A stretch of DNA of 64,000 nucleotides, taken from the NCBI RefSeq assembly GCF_963853765.1, contig NC_088857.1, forward strand, positions 9,734,001-9,798,000, read 5' to 3'. Position numbers and translations under genes: made by a program. The notes beneath the pieces are model-generated. The model was not told the DNA's origin. It saw nothing but the letters and a program-made list of their open reading frames with translations, and did not search any database. This document shows, in pieces, positions 1-13,580 of the stretch (its first letter is position 1; each line of letters starts with the position of its first letter). Origin of the DNA: Magallana gigas (lineage: Eukaryota).

Positions 1-222
1 ATTCCTGCTGACATAACTGATGGATTTATAAAAATAACATCTATAATGAATTTCTAAAAACCAAGTTGGAAAGTTTAAAAATCATCAAGTATAATGACAA
101 TGTTTTAAGCATCATTTCCTCCTGTCCTCCATGAAATATCGGTGATTAATGATGCATTGTAGAGGCCGAGCTTTTAATTAGCTGATGATTTTACACATAT
201 GTTGTTATGTACTTGTGTTTAG

Positions 223-921
223 GTAAAATCACGCCCCTGAGGGACATAGACATCAGTGGGGGATACAAGGAGTGGATCAATGTCACCTTCATTTTCAAGG
301 ACAAACGGATAAAGGAGAAAGTCCATGTTGTGGATCCCATAGGGAATCTCCGACTTAAGGCTGCAGAAAAATTCCTCCTCTATGATTCGTGAGTGTCTAC
401 CATCTAATAACTAATCTTGTTAACTAATGAAATCTTCTAAAAAGTTTATATCTGATAAGACTTGTCTTGATTCTTGTTCAATAAGTAAATACATGTATTT
501 GATGCGAATCTGAATGATCATAAACGTCATTATCTGATTCAGTAAATCGAGAGAAATCCAGTGGTGGAAAGTATACATGTCCACCTGTATTACAATTAGT
601 GGACAACAGAATATCAAAAGTTGGAGTGACTCTTTAATCTGAATTTGCATCTTCAGCTTGGTATAGATAGTAAATTAACCTTACCTGCTGATGTATTTCA
701 GGTTGCTTACCTTTAAGCTGTACCACTTTGCCTGTGGACCTCACCACAGGGAGGAAGACCAGACATTCGAGGAACTCTGTAAGCAGACCCAGTCCCTCCC
801 GATCAGTCGATTCGACGTCATGGATGGAGACGAACTCTACGTGGATGCGACGGATAACCTATTTCAGAATGCGGATGGAAGTCTCCAGTACTTGCAGATT
901 TACAGTTACATTGCAAAGTAG
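223..921 (+). CDS. TBCEL: 3' end (last two exons, 223-388 and 702-921) of a tubulin-folding cofactor E-like protein with a C-terminal ubiquitin-like domain; the gene starts before the window
   Basis: AG|223, 388|GTGAGT and CAG|702 join in frame (TC+G=Ser). The peptide GKITPLRDIDI...KLYHF...RFDVMDGDELYVD resembles, by eye, the TBCEL C-terminus (GKLEPLAEVDL...SFGIRDGDKIYVE). Stop TAG at 919-921. Confidence 0.7.
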
Positions 922-3169
922 AGAAGAGTTCCGACCACTCTTTCTGTTATTGACCATGGTGTGATAACATTTGTCTTGTTTAAAGTATCGTTGGAAGCTC
1001 TTTCAAATATTTCTCAACAAACTTGATTCTTATCAAAAAAGCATTTCAAAAATCGTTCGAAAATAAGAATTCTGAAACTATGGAGTTATTTAGGTTGAAA
1101 AGTTGATGTAACATTTTTACATGAATCATTAGCATTAAGGGCATTTTAAAAAAACTATTATATACACAATATAAAATGTAATGTAAATGACTGTAGATCA
1201 TTGGAAAGCAAACTTTGTGATATCTGTATGCAAATGATCTCTCTTTTGGAATGTATCAAAAACTTTTATTTTAAGTTACTTTTTATAATATATCTATAGT
1301 GGAACAAGCACCTTTGTAATGCATGAAGTTCCCTCCCTTGTTTAAAAAGTGACTCCGTTTGTTTTTGTGTTTTTGTTTGTTAATATTTGGTTTTTTTTTA
1401 TTTAGCGCATTAATTATTTTACACATATTTACATTTAGTATTAGAGCTAGTGAAAATTCCAGAGTGTTAAACTCTTTTTTAACAGATTTATTTTGTTGCT
1501 TTTGATTTTTACATGTATATAATCAAAATACTGCATACCAGTAGAAAATAGTTAAGTTTATTCCAGACATTTGGCCATTTCATCCCTCTTCCTTACTGAA
1601 TTGACATCAAAATTCAAACTTCAGGTGCATGCATTAATTTACAATTTTCAGTACCTGTACCTGATACATCATTGTTTTTAAAAAAAAAATGCATTAAGAT
1701 ATGGAAAATTGAGTTGTAAATATCGAGTTTGATTTCCTTTAAATATAAATCAACAATAAAATCTCATTACATTTTGATGGATTCCAGTACCAGTAATTTC
1801 CCTGTAGTTCGATCAGATAAGAGTTATTAGCAAGAGATGGCCCCATAACATGATAACATTGCAACAGCCAATAATGAACAACTATATGTAACCAAGGGAC
1901 TGTCAATAGCTTGTAGAATATATACAATAATTATTCAGATTTTTAACAGCTTGTAAGGTTCTGGAGAAAGTTTTTTTTTGTCTTGTGTTGCAAAAAAATT
2001 AAATATATACACTATAAATTTGCAGGATATATAAGTATATCAAAAGAAAACTGTACAGGCAATTTATGATGAATGTAATTCAGTTTCTTTTCCGTAATTT
2101 GATTTATTAAGTAACTTTTCTTAGTTTTTGGGACTTATTTAGTTTGTTTGGTGTATTTCTTGTGTATGCACACTTTCTGAGTGCTATAATAATTTTAGTG
2201 CCCGTTATGTGATCGGGGATGTATTGTGATGTAACAATGGGAGAAAGCATCCTTATTGTGCTACATCTCCAGCCCACATACATATCATGTTTTCCATTGT
2301 TTTTTGTGACTACTCTAGGTGTAATACACATCTTTTTATCTTATTTTGAAAATGTAAAAAAAAAGTGTACATGTAATAAATAAAAATATTCTTCATATTC
2401 AGTCTCATGTTCTAAAATGCTAGAACCTTAAAAATGACTTATCATGCTACATGTCCGATCAGTTGGAGATATATCAGGCCAAAATAAAATTATTGTTTGT
2501 TTGCCTGCTGATAAAATGTTATGTGTAAAAAATATAAAAACTTTTTTTTATGTGGAGATTTTTTATACTTAACCAATTTCTGATTAGTTTAACTTCAAGT
2601 TTGAAAAAAAAAAGAAATTCTCTCCTCCTGGGTCTAGCAATTCCAAACGAACATTTTTTATTTAAGGATGGCCTCATGTTACAGTACATTCCTAATACCA
2701 GTATTTGCTATTAGATATGAATATTTTTTGCTAACACCCCTTGCTTTCATATTGTATGATAACATAACATGCAATATACAATTTTCATTTAAAACTGAAT
2801 TTTACAACATAGCTCCCTTTCTCTCACAACAGAGAAAAATTCTTACTCTCTGACCAAGATAAAAGAAGGGCAAGGCAAGCTGCAATCTGACATGATAGAA
2901 TGACAGAAACAAGGTTGTCATTGGAATAGAAAAATAGAAACTGCAACTTAACATTTATTCAAAAGCATCTTTCATCAAACAGCAATCATTGCCTTATTTC
3001 TTGCAAATCTGTCTGTTTCCTTCACTTGCATTCCTATTTAAGAACAAGAAAACATGCTGTAACACCTCCTGATGAACATGATACAGTGCATCAGGACCAG
3101 TGGCTGTATACACTTCTGGACCATGGTATTCTCAATCAGAAACATTTCCCCATTTCACAACTCATCTGA

Positions 3170-4890
3170 TCACCTCTCTTTTAATCTTTTTATAAATGTC
3201 ACTTCATCTTTATTTCTGATGCCATATCTGTAAAAGAGAAATATAAAGCAATGGAGACTTAACTTGTCTTAAGTTTTCTTTAAATGCCTCTGAAAGAAAT
3301 CAAAATTTCTTTTAAAATTGAGTAAAATTAACATCTGGTAGAAAAACCTACTCTTTTAGTTGTTTCTTGTCCTCAGTAAGTTTCTGACCTTCAAAATACA
3401 ACCAGTATCGCTTCCAAATGTACTTCCTGAAAGAATAGAGAGGAGTATATATTACAGGTACCTCAGACAGTTTATTCAACAACTTGCGAAAAATTTAGCC
3501 AAGATTTGTAGAAAAGTGAATAAGGTGATTTAACTAAGTAAAAGGCACTTTTTATTACTTCAATCACTGTTCATTTTGTTTTTTGCTTCATGAAGTGAAC
3601 AAAACAAAATAAACACATACCAACTAATGTGCTTTTTTCCTTTGCTGCGGGACAGTTTCAAGGTCATGTGACGTTTAATGGCATGCTTCAGGTCAAGGAC
3701 AGTGCCATTTTGAACCACTACCACCGCTGAAAATAAAAAATTGAGAGATTGTTGTAGAAATTGGTTAGATTAGTCTAATCTCAAAATGATAATAGGGCAT
3801 TTTATTTTTCAATTATCATAAGGGTAAATGGTCATTTTTATGCAAAAGGAAATGATTCTATTGCCTCATGATCTCATGACTCCTAACATTCCTTTATATG
3901 GAATGAGATTTATTTTGGAATGTGCAGAATTTATAAGCCAAGTGTCCAATTTGTTTGAGAAAAACGAATTGGACATTTAGCTAGCGAAAATGATAAAATG
4001 ACAGAGTTTGTAAATAAATCTAGAAAGGTGGATGATCGTTTACAAGAAGAAAGAAGTGAAGTGGATAAAGATCCTGAGGGTTACTATGATGAATACAGTA
4101 ACCAATAACACAGTTACTTACATAGTATTTCTCCATCAGCACGTTGGACATTTACCAGCATGGCTTGTCCATGCTCCAGAGCAATGAAGGAATTAACCTC
4201 TTCCAGTGTGACTTCTGGGGGTAAATCATACAACAGGGAGTCTGTCTGATAAAGAAAACAAACAATATTTTTATTCCATCTTGTTAAAATTTGATGTTTT
4301 GGATCCACTCCTGTTTCTCTTTGAGAAGATCCAAACATTGACTATTTATACACACTTATAAACTTTCAATGTTCACTAAAGTGAGGAACAGATAGGAATG
4401 TAAGCCCTTGTTCCATAAGTAAAAAAATCCTTCAGAATTATTCATGTAATGTGTGGTGTAAAGTGTCCATCAATTGATAGTAAATTTCAAAATATGTCAG
4501 AGCCATACATTTTAACACAACATAAATACTCCATTTAATTTCACATGTTATAAAATGGCGAGTACACTGACAGTACATAAAAGAAATTTTACAGATTGCA
4601 ATATACCAGTAGACTCCAAACAGAAGATTTTGACAAATGTTGTACTGATAAATGGCATAGTAACTTGTCACATATCAACTTACTGAGACAAGTTCATCAA
4701 TGGCTGCCTCCACTTTTGACATGGCTTCCTGGTGAGACAGGACGAGCTCCGAGGAGTCCATTTCTTCCATCTCTCCATCCTCTGGATCCTCGATTTTTAC
4801 CTTCTCTATCTCCCTGTCAGTTACCTCACTACCTGTCTCTGATGATGTGCCAGCAGTAGACAGGACTGAGATGCTTCCTTCTTCAGCCAT
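3170..4890 (-). CDS. SNRNP25: U11/U12 snRNP 25 kDa protein (minor spliceosome). Coding exons 4684-4890, 4122-4245, 3621-3726, 3352-3426, 3170-3227; probable 5'UTR exon above 5120
   Basis: All introns are GT-AG with consistent phases. Spliced protein contains DSLLYDLPPEVTLEEVNSFIALEHGQAM...VVVVQNGTVLDLKHAIKR...HISWKYIWKRY...KLTED...YGIRNKDEVTFIKRL, matching human SNRNP25 motifs. Confidence 0.95.
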
Positions 4891-5119
4891 TGTCGTTGGT
4901 ACTTCTTAGAGCCTGTAAATTGTTAACAATATAAATTATTGGGATATACTAACTGGGTACTATTTGTAAACTAAACTGCAGTAGGATGCATAATCAAAGT
5001 ATACAACATGGTACAATGCACTGTAATAAACAATGGACTATTGTGATTATCAATATGCATTCTTTAATCAGTATCTTTAAACAAAGACAATATAGACAGA
5101 ATATCTTTATTTAAGATAC

Positions 5120-5451
5120 CTTCTTCCTTTAATTCTGAACCGTTGCGTGAACCTCATTATTTTGCTCAAACCAAATGAAAAGTGAAAGTTCAACTTATAT
5201 ATTAGCTCGTGCGTATAATATAATTTGTGTTTCCTTTATTATTTCATTTTGAAAAATATAACAATCATTCTAATTTATTTCAGGTTTACTTTTTTATTTT
5301 ATGTAATCATGTCATATTAATCAAAAGCGACATATTGTTTTGAAAGACAAAACTAATACACAGTTCGGATTATCTACAGAAAATTTGAAAATGAAAGTGA
5401 AAATTGCATCAACTGGCAGTCACACATTTACATTACGGTTACCACGGTAAA
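5120..5451. promoter_or_regulatory. Compact bidirectional promoter region shared by SNRNP25 and POLR3K
   Basis: About 330 bp separate the SNRNP25 5'UTR donor (5118-5119) from the POLR3K ATG (5452). Contains GAAAAGTGAAAGT (5177-5189) and GAAAATGAAAGTGAAAA (5387-5403). Confidence 0.7.
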
Positions 5452-7328
5452 ATGTTGACGTTTTGTCCAACATGTGCAAATGTCCTGGTGGTTGAAGAAG
5501 GACAGAATTGTTACCGGTTTGCGTGTAACACGTGCCCTTATGTCCAAAACATTCAAAGAAAGGTACAGATAGTTAGCGATGTTTACATAGAAGTACTCAT
5601 TTTATGTGATAAGGACTGAAAACGGATATGAGATGATCGTTGTAGTGTGAATTAATCGTAGACAAAATTTTAACACTTTAAATTTTACAGTAACTCACAA
5701 CTGTTTACATAATAACTTTTAACATAGAACAACATTTTATCAGTTAAGTATTTTATCCTCATATCGGAAGAAAATTTTCTTGCCGAGATGACCTTCCAAG
5801 AGATGAAATAAACCATTCTGTGTACTACATAAAAATACACATTCCTGAATTAAACTTTTAAAATTGTCTTCGCATGTACATTTTTTAGTCATGATCAGTT
5901 CATCAAGTGACAATTTATTAATTTACATATTTTTACTCACTTTCAAACAACTGAAGGAAAAATTAAAGAGATATAACATTAAAATGCTTTCTTTCAATGA
6001 TGGTTCATAGGGCTATGAAGGTAGCGATTATTGCAGAAAAATTTACGCAACGCAATACTGTAAATTCCTAATTACCAGGTAAATGGGAGGAATTAATATC
6101 CGCATAAAATCACGAGAAGCATCCCTCGTGGATTTTAAAACCTCACAATTATTTTCTGAGAGTTGATAACTATAGGAAATATGGATAAATATTCTGCATT
6201 CGCGATTTTATATTCTCGTGATTTTATACAAAACAGTGGGATTGCGGAATTAAGTACTTGCGTAATATAAGGAATTTACAGTAACACAGGTATGTATTTT
6301 TTCTGCAATGTTTTCTACGTCTATAGCTGCATGAACCACCAAAGAAAGCAATACATTTTACATTAGAAGGCTTAGTCATCTGTATTTATTTGTAATGGTT
6401 AATGTTGATCTCTGTGTTTAAATAGATAGCATCCAGAAAGTATCCCAAGCTGAAGGAGGTGGACGATGTGCTAGGTGGAGCTGCTGCCTGGGAAAATGTC
6501 GACTCCACAGAAGGTCAGTGACAGAATCAATGAGACTATGACATTCTGTTCTAATTGGGTTTATTTGATATATCCATGATGAGTCTTGAAAGTACTTTAG
6601 AAGGTCAACAGTGTAGATAAACTTTTACCATGTCTCTGAATTGTTTATTATCAAGAAAAAGACTCTTTCACTTTTAAAGTTTTAGAAAGCACCAAAAAAC
6701 ATATAACAATTTAATATGTTGAATAGAAATGTGGCAATTAATTGATGAAACTTATTATCTATAATTGAAAGGGTCCCCAATTATAGATTATCAGTAGATA
6801 CCGGTATTTTGAAATTCAATATGAACACCTTTACATATCAGACCGTAAACGTATTACATTTGGCTGTTTATTCTATTGTGCATTTTTGTCAGAAAACTGT
6901 GTCTGCTAAATCAGGTACATTAACAAATGGAAAATATAGAGTAGATAAATAGGTACATTCAGAATTGTACTAAATCAAATCCATTCTAACTTTTACCGTA
7001 AGTTGAAAAATCATATTCTGCCAAATATCGTACATGCTAAATATAGTACATTTACAGTTATTTTTTCAAAGCACAAAAATGATTTTTTAATTGGTGCACA
7101 AATGGTCCTTTTTTGACTAGCTGGTATAAATATCAAGTCAATCTTTGGAAATTACATCTACATTGTATTGTTATACTGTTACTGTTATCTTCTCTCACAG
7201 AAACATGTCCAAAGTGTAGCCACAACAGAGCCTTCTTCATGCAGATCCAGACCCGGTCAGCTGATGAGCCAATGACAACGTTCTACAAGTGTTGTAACAT
7301 GGCGTGCGCTCACCGGTGGAGAGACTGA
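5452..7328 (+). CDS. POLR3K: RNA polymerase III subunit RPC10/C11, 108 aa; exons 5452-5562, 6426-6513, 7201-7328
   Basis: MLTFCPTCANVL...CNTCPY | IASRKYPKLKEVDDVLGGAAAWENVDSTE | ETCPKC...QTRSADEPMTTFYKCC...HRWRD*. Two zinc ribbons and the RSADE acidic hairpin. GT-AG introns; 327 nt total. Confidence 0.98.
6058..6281. mobile_element. 224-bp TA-flanked MITE (Tc1/mariner-like) in POLR3K intron 1
   Basis: TA|CTGTAAATTCC...GGAATTTACAG|TA terminal inverted repeats. Confidence 0.75.
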
Positions 7329-9395
7329 ATACTGTGTCAGTGTTGTGATGGACTGAGAACTCAAACATGCTTCATAGACATTGGAGAGACAGTGATTCCC
7401 AGAGCTGAAGACTCTATTCATTGTCTTAATCTAACTCCAGATTGTCTTTACATGTGCATTGTGCCTTAAACTGTCATTGTGTTGACCTGGCTGTTTTAAG
7501 CAGAAAAAAATCTTCACAGTGCTATTAGTGTCCTGCACATACTGTTAAATACAGGTCCAGGAAAATAAACACAATAGAGACAGGTTGTGTTTCTGGGCTA
7601 TTTATCATGTATTTGAACAGTCCACTAACTCCAGTTATACAAAAAAGAGTCTTTTATCCGTGCTTAATGCTATCCTGCCTCTCTAAGTACATGTCCTACA
7701 TAATTAGGGTTGCTTCTGAAAATACACTGTTGATTTTGCTTTGTTGTGTAATATTTTATTTTGTTTATCATGAAGCAGGCACTTAGCTTGCATATTCAAA
7801 TGTATCTCAAAGGTCAGTATTTCTTAAGCAAGCTTATGGCCTCAACTTTATTTATTCTATATTCCTTCCAGAGGATGAACTCTTATCTATAACACTAATG
7901 TACTAGTACTATAATTTCAGTCTTTAAAATTTCACATTTCCTCACTTTAACCAGCCAGTTTTGAAATTGATTTGCAGTTGTTTGAACATTAATTTCATTT
8001 CCCTTTTTTCACTGAGACCATTTATGGGAATGTATGACTGCAGTCCTGTTTTTCAGCATTTGATTTTACTAGTGGTGTGTAAGCAAAGCCTTACGATAAC
8101 ATTTAGGCAGTGGAGACATGATTATCACACCAGAGTAACGAAATTGGGTTTTATAGTTTTAGCTGACCAATCAATAAATTAACATCATAGAAATGTCATG
8201 CTTGCCTGAAGTCAGATTTATCAGTTAAATGCTTAGTTTCATTACCTCTGTGTACAACACAAACTGTTTGTTCTAATATTTACAAATTTTTATTGTGTTC
8301 ATTTCCTAGTTACAAAGTGTTAAGTTAAAAAACAAAATTGTGCATGGCATGCTATTCTGAATGCTTTGATAGATTTTTTTTTTACTTTGTGCTGAATTAA
8401 TCAGAAATTGATCAGTACTTTTACAAGTAAATGTGCACCAATATCAATTTGTTAATTATTTAAATTGAAATGTTCATTCTTGGAACTATGTATAACGTAC
8501 TTCCTAAATTGACGATTAATTATTTAAAAAAATATCCAGAAAACATTTAAAATCGATCAACATCCTCTCCCACTCATGCGAGAACAGATTTTCTACCTGT
8601 AACGTGAAAAGTGCAGTATTACAATTTAAATGTCAAACGAATTAGGCGCAAAGATATTTGTTATTCTATTATGTTTGCATTTAATTTCATGCATTTAATA
8701 AAAAGGGGTTTGAACATAGACTATGTTTAATCTACCGTTAAGTTCTCCCGTTTTAATCTGTCCTGAAATTAATTTCTACGTTTTATTGAATACACACATA
8801 ACCCTCTGGCAGCCATAGACCATTCTTCCGTGAGGGATATGTTAAAGTTCATTTTGTCCCTCATGTTTCCTGTGTCCATTGGGCGGGACCTTTCTTTCAC
8901 TCAATGAATGAATTGATCGTGTTTTGTGTAATGAAAATTTTTCACACCGTCCTTCGAGATTGATTTTTTTTTCACTGGATTTGCAATCGACGCCTTATCC
9001 CTATGTATTTATTCCATCGTTAAAGGATTGAATTTTTCCATTGATAAGGAATGGTTCTTATGTTTTGTCGTATGTTCTGTGGCAGTGCCCGGAATATGTT
9101 TCTTCTTTGATAAGTAATTGTAAACTCGAAACCCGTTGTATTTACTTAGCTACGAGATTCTCCGTTATACAGCGCAGGAAACCCACTGACTACCGAAACC
9201 CGCTGTTATTTAAATGGATTAGAGAAGTACCTGTATGCTTGGAAATGTATATATCCGGAATTATACCATTAGTTCTGCCTGTATATATTTGACACAGTTT
9301 GACAATACCTGGAATTTGTTGAATTTTATTGTTGAAGGTAAGAAAATACTTATATGTATGTTGTATTGGAATGTATATCACCATGTACATGTAAT

Positions 9396-10280
9396 CAGGT
9401 CTAGGCAACCTCCGTTTTTGGAGGATAGATTTTATCCTCCGTTTTTGGAGGATAGATGTATGCGCCCCCTGGTGGATCTTTTCAGATGAAGGGCAATTAA
9501 CTCTGTTTTTACAAAGGGAGTTAACTATGAATAAAATATAATTATTATACTATAAAAATATCACCTTATTTAGCTATTGATAATTATAATTATTGATAAT
9601 ATTTAATAAATATTTAAGTTTAAATAATTGCAGGGCTGATTTTAAAGAAAAATATCTTATGTGAAGACATTTTTTTCAATATTCTGGATAATTGATATCT
9701 ATAAATGGTATCATTTTGATTAATAAAATTTAACAATGTCTTTTTGTGTGAAGGGATTAAATTTAAATGATACTTAATAACATGTGAATTAATTAGAATA
9801 AGAGCTACAAAGTTCCTAAGGTATATGCAAACATTTACTTTGTACATGTACAATATAGCAGATCAAGATATCTATTGTGTGTCTCTCAACGTGAATGAAC
9901 TCATTAATGTTTTAATGAGTAATAAACATCACTATTTTGTGATTTTTATTAAATGAAACATGTAAATAGTCTATGTCATTTGTAAAACTGAACACAGGAA
10001 GTACACACTTTCAAAGCATATTGTGAAAATACTATACATAGAATTTCAAATCGCCGCATACAATCATTAGTTTATTCCCTTAACTTTAATTCCCATATGG
10101 TCTGGTGCTTGCATTTTCTCATTAAAGATATGCACGAAGCCTTTGAAATATACCCATGCTATCCTCCAAAAATGGAGGATAATTTTACCCACAATGCAAA
10201 GTGACTTTCCATATATGGTAAAAATCAGCAGCCATCTTGAAATTGAGCTATCCTCCAAAAACGGAGGTTGCCTAGACCTG
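9396..10280. mobile_element. 885-bp non-autonomous DNA transposon with 33-bp perfect TIRs and an apparent 5-bp TSD (GTAAT)
   Basis: CAGGTCTAGGCAACCTCCGTTTTTGGAGGATAG at 9396-9428, reverse complement at 10248-10280. GTAAT on both flanks. Extra subterminal TATCCTCC-N6-GGAGGATA palindromes near 9433 and 10160. Confidence 0.85.
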
Positions 10281-13161
10281 GTAATTACATACATATGTAC
10301 ATACGTACATACATTGATTGTACATACATGTGATATATATGGGCAAATGTATATCGATTTTCTGTTTGCATCCAAACTTATATTGCTTGTGTAAAATCAT
10401 CATCCATTTGTGTTGGGTTTAACCATTTGTACTTTGTTTGGTTTTGCATTGCACTGGAAAGTTAATATAAGGATCAGAAATAATTATAAATCCCGCTTTG
10501 TAAATCAAGAGGAATTTTAAATAACCTAGCTACTGTGCGTCTTAACTTGCCGAGACCCACACCACGGGTTTTAAAGAACTCATAAACGAATAAATTAGTT
10601 AAAGTTACATACCAACAGAGAAAACGGTCGTTTATTGCAGGAAGCAATTTCAACAGCTAGCGTGTTTTAATCTACTCAATGTCCCCGATACACATTCAAA
10701 GACTGCGGCTTGTTGTTGCAATATAATGGTTTTAAAGTTGTAATGAAATTATAGGTAAAGAAAACACACTCATTTACTAGCAGCATAGGTAGGAAAAACA
10801 TGCACGGGCAAATTCACCTAATTTATTTACATTCTGACAATCATACTTATAATTTGTAAATCAGATTATGTATAACATTACAGCACAAATGAAAGAAAAG
10901 CCTGCGAGAGACTTTGTCTATGATACAAAGTGGATGCCATGTTATGACACCGATTTCTCGATCTCTAGATTTATAAGTTATCACCGTGGTTTTAGAATTG
11001 CATTTTTATTTCATTTATCTTCAAGCTTGATGACAAGATAAGCTGTATCACACGCTCCAGTATCGAATTTATAAAACTTCTGAACAGCATAAGATCAGCT
11101 ATCACAATCCTCGATCACCCATGCCGCTATCTCTTGGTATCTCCATGTATAACGTTGATATCAAAATTCACGTTTTTCAGCATTGCAATATACAAATATT
11201 TTCTGTCCATATTGGAGAAGTTGTTTTTTTTTATTGAACGATTTGCTGGCTGACACGAATGCCGAATTTGTCGCCCGGAGCTCAGTAACGCTGTTATTGT
11301 CTATCAATATGGTCATTTCTTTGGAAATATCTGTCTTGGTTTTGCGGAATATGTATGAAATGAAATAAATCCTTCTAGCTGCTACGAGAATTCCTAAGAT
11401 TAAGTTGTAAGCCGATTTGGAGTTAGTGTTATTTCTAATAGAGCTTATGACTGCATAGGATTAAGAATTGGAACTTAACGAAAAAAAAAGCAAATTTTAT
11501 AGCTTTATGCCCGCCAAAATTATGAACATGGTATGCAGTGTTTACCATGTTTGTCGTAAAGTTTCCTCCTTCTGTCTCTCCGTCAGACTTTGCTTTGTTA
11601 ATTTTCAAAGAAATTGTTCAACCCATGCAGTCTTATTTTGCGTTTAGCTCCAAAAATACATGTACGTATAAGCGAGAACAGTTCATCTGTATCATAATTT
11701 CCTGACCTTGACCTCCCCTATAACCATGACCTTGCTACTCCATTTTGAGTACACCTTACTTTCTGAGTTTCAAACAAATTGTCGGACTATCCGACTAGAA
11801 TAAAATATTTTATAACATTCCTTCGTTCTCTATATTAAGTATATATAAACGAAACGTAAAACTATTTCCCTGACATTGCGAGATTTTTCTTGGTTCCCAC
11901 ACATTCATGAGTAATTAATAAAACACACACAATCGGATTGGACTTATTTTTAAATACCATCGATTGACGTATAGTTGATATGTACTTATAATTTATTAAA
12001 AGTGTTAAATCGCCGCAATTTCTCATATGACTTTTTATGATCGTATGTGGAATGTATGATTTCGTTGATTTTTAAAGGATGTTGGCTGTAACAGTTGGTC
12101 ATATGTTGCAAAATTTAATTCACTTATTACAATGGAATTTGTCACAGAAAAAGTCACGTTTTAAGTCAAGCACTTGATTGTCGAAGACAATTGTACCGAT
12201 TTACAACAAAGGTCAGCTATAATGCAAATGCATTGATACTTAAAAAGTTAATCGAGTGGTTGTAAATTAAGGCAAAGTGTAATATTTTCAAAGTCAGCTG
12301 TAAAGTTGCAAGGACAAAGTTTACATTCAAGTGCTTCGCCAGTCTTTTTTTTTTATTTTTCAAGTAAAATGATTCGCTCTTAACAAAGATGGTGATGGGA
12401 AATTCCTATGCAATCATTAATCTGTTTTTCATATCAATCAGAATAAGTGTCGACACATTATGAAATATCATCTGCATATCATAAAGATATAAGCAAATAC
12501 ACGCTAATCATACAAACATGCAATGCACCAATCAGGATCGATACATGAATAAGACAGTTTTACCAATGCCGGAGCCAGTAGTTGGCTATAATGGGAGCGA
12601 GCTATCATCAACACCCATTTTAGATCACTCTCAGAAAAGACTTAAAATTCTGCTGAGCGTTAAATTAGAATCGATGGTATTCGTTATCCTCGTCATTTAA
12701 ATTCACACAACACATGTATAAGACGCAGATTTTAAAGCTATCGACTCCATTAATGGAGATGTGGGATTGCGACTTGTTCCGTTAGGATAGCATGGTCAAC
12801 TGAATGTATAATGTGGTATTTATCTCCCAGCAATAACACGCCAGTTACTTTATATTCCGAACGATTTAATCAATTTTATTCATTGTGTTGCAGATTTTGT
12901 GAGCTGAATTGCCTTTTAGGATTCCTGGCGATGTCAATACATACAGGTAGGAATACATATTTTTTCCTGACAATTAAAAACCGAAGAATATGTTGTTTCG
13001 TTTCTAGAGTGTGTTGTCAGGTCAAACACTATATATCATGTTTCACCAAACACATTTAAGTTGAATTTTATATAAGCGCAATTGTCATCCAAAAATAAAA
13101 TATTAATCGTGTAATGAATTTTGGTTAATAGCATTAATAATTTCAGCCATTTAGGGTTTAC

Positions 13162-13580
13162 TTTTTGGCTCACCTGAACCAAAGGGCAAGGTGAGCTTTG
13201 CTAACCAAAAATGTTCTGTCCTTAAATTTTCACATTTTTTTTTTGTTTTCTTCTGTAAAATCACTGAGCCAATTTCACCAAAATTTGGCACAAAGCATTA
13301 TTAGATAAATGTGGCTTTCAAATTTTGTTCAAAAGAAGAGCTAGACATATTTGCAAGGGGGTATAATTAAGAAATGGAAATTATGTGGGGTATTTTAAAA
13401 AAGTCTTCATCTCCAGTGCCAAACAGCCCGTTATGTATACCAAAATTGTATATTGTACTGTAAACCCTATTGTGAGTTTAGAATGGATCTTTATAGCAGT
13501 ATATTACATGTATACTACATGTATATACTAAAGCTAGTTAAGAAGTTTGGTCATACGGAGCCGAAGTGGCCATTGTTGTT
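13162..13580 (+). mobile_element. Degenerate Helentron/DINE-1-like (HINE) non-autonomous element fragment
   Basis: T-run then GCTCACCT...AGGTGAGC 5' hairpin, followed by CCAATTTCACCAAAATTTGGCACAAAGCAT core typical of oyster satellite-bearing elements. Confidence 0.6.

Noticed and set aside
3170-5120. U12-type introns in or near the minor-spliceosome gene
   Set aside because: No reconstructed intron begins with RTATCCTT; all look U2-type.
11140-11400. About 80-codon stop-free minus-strand frame (ILGILVAARR...AEKREF)
   Set aside because: No recognisable homology or convincing splice pair; a length like this can arise by chance.
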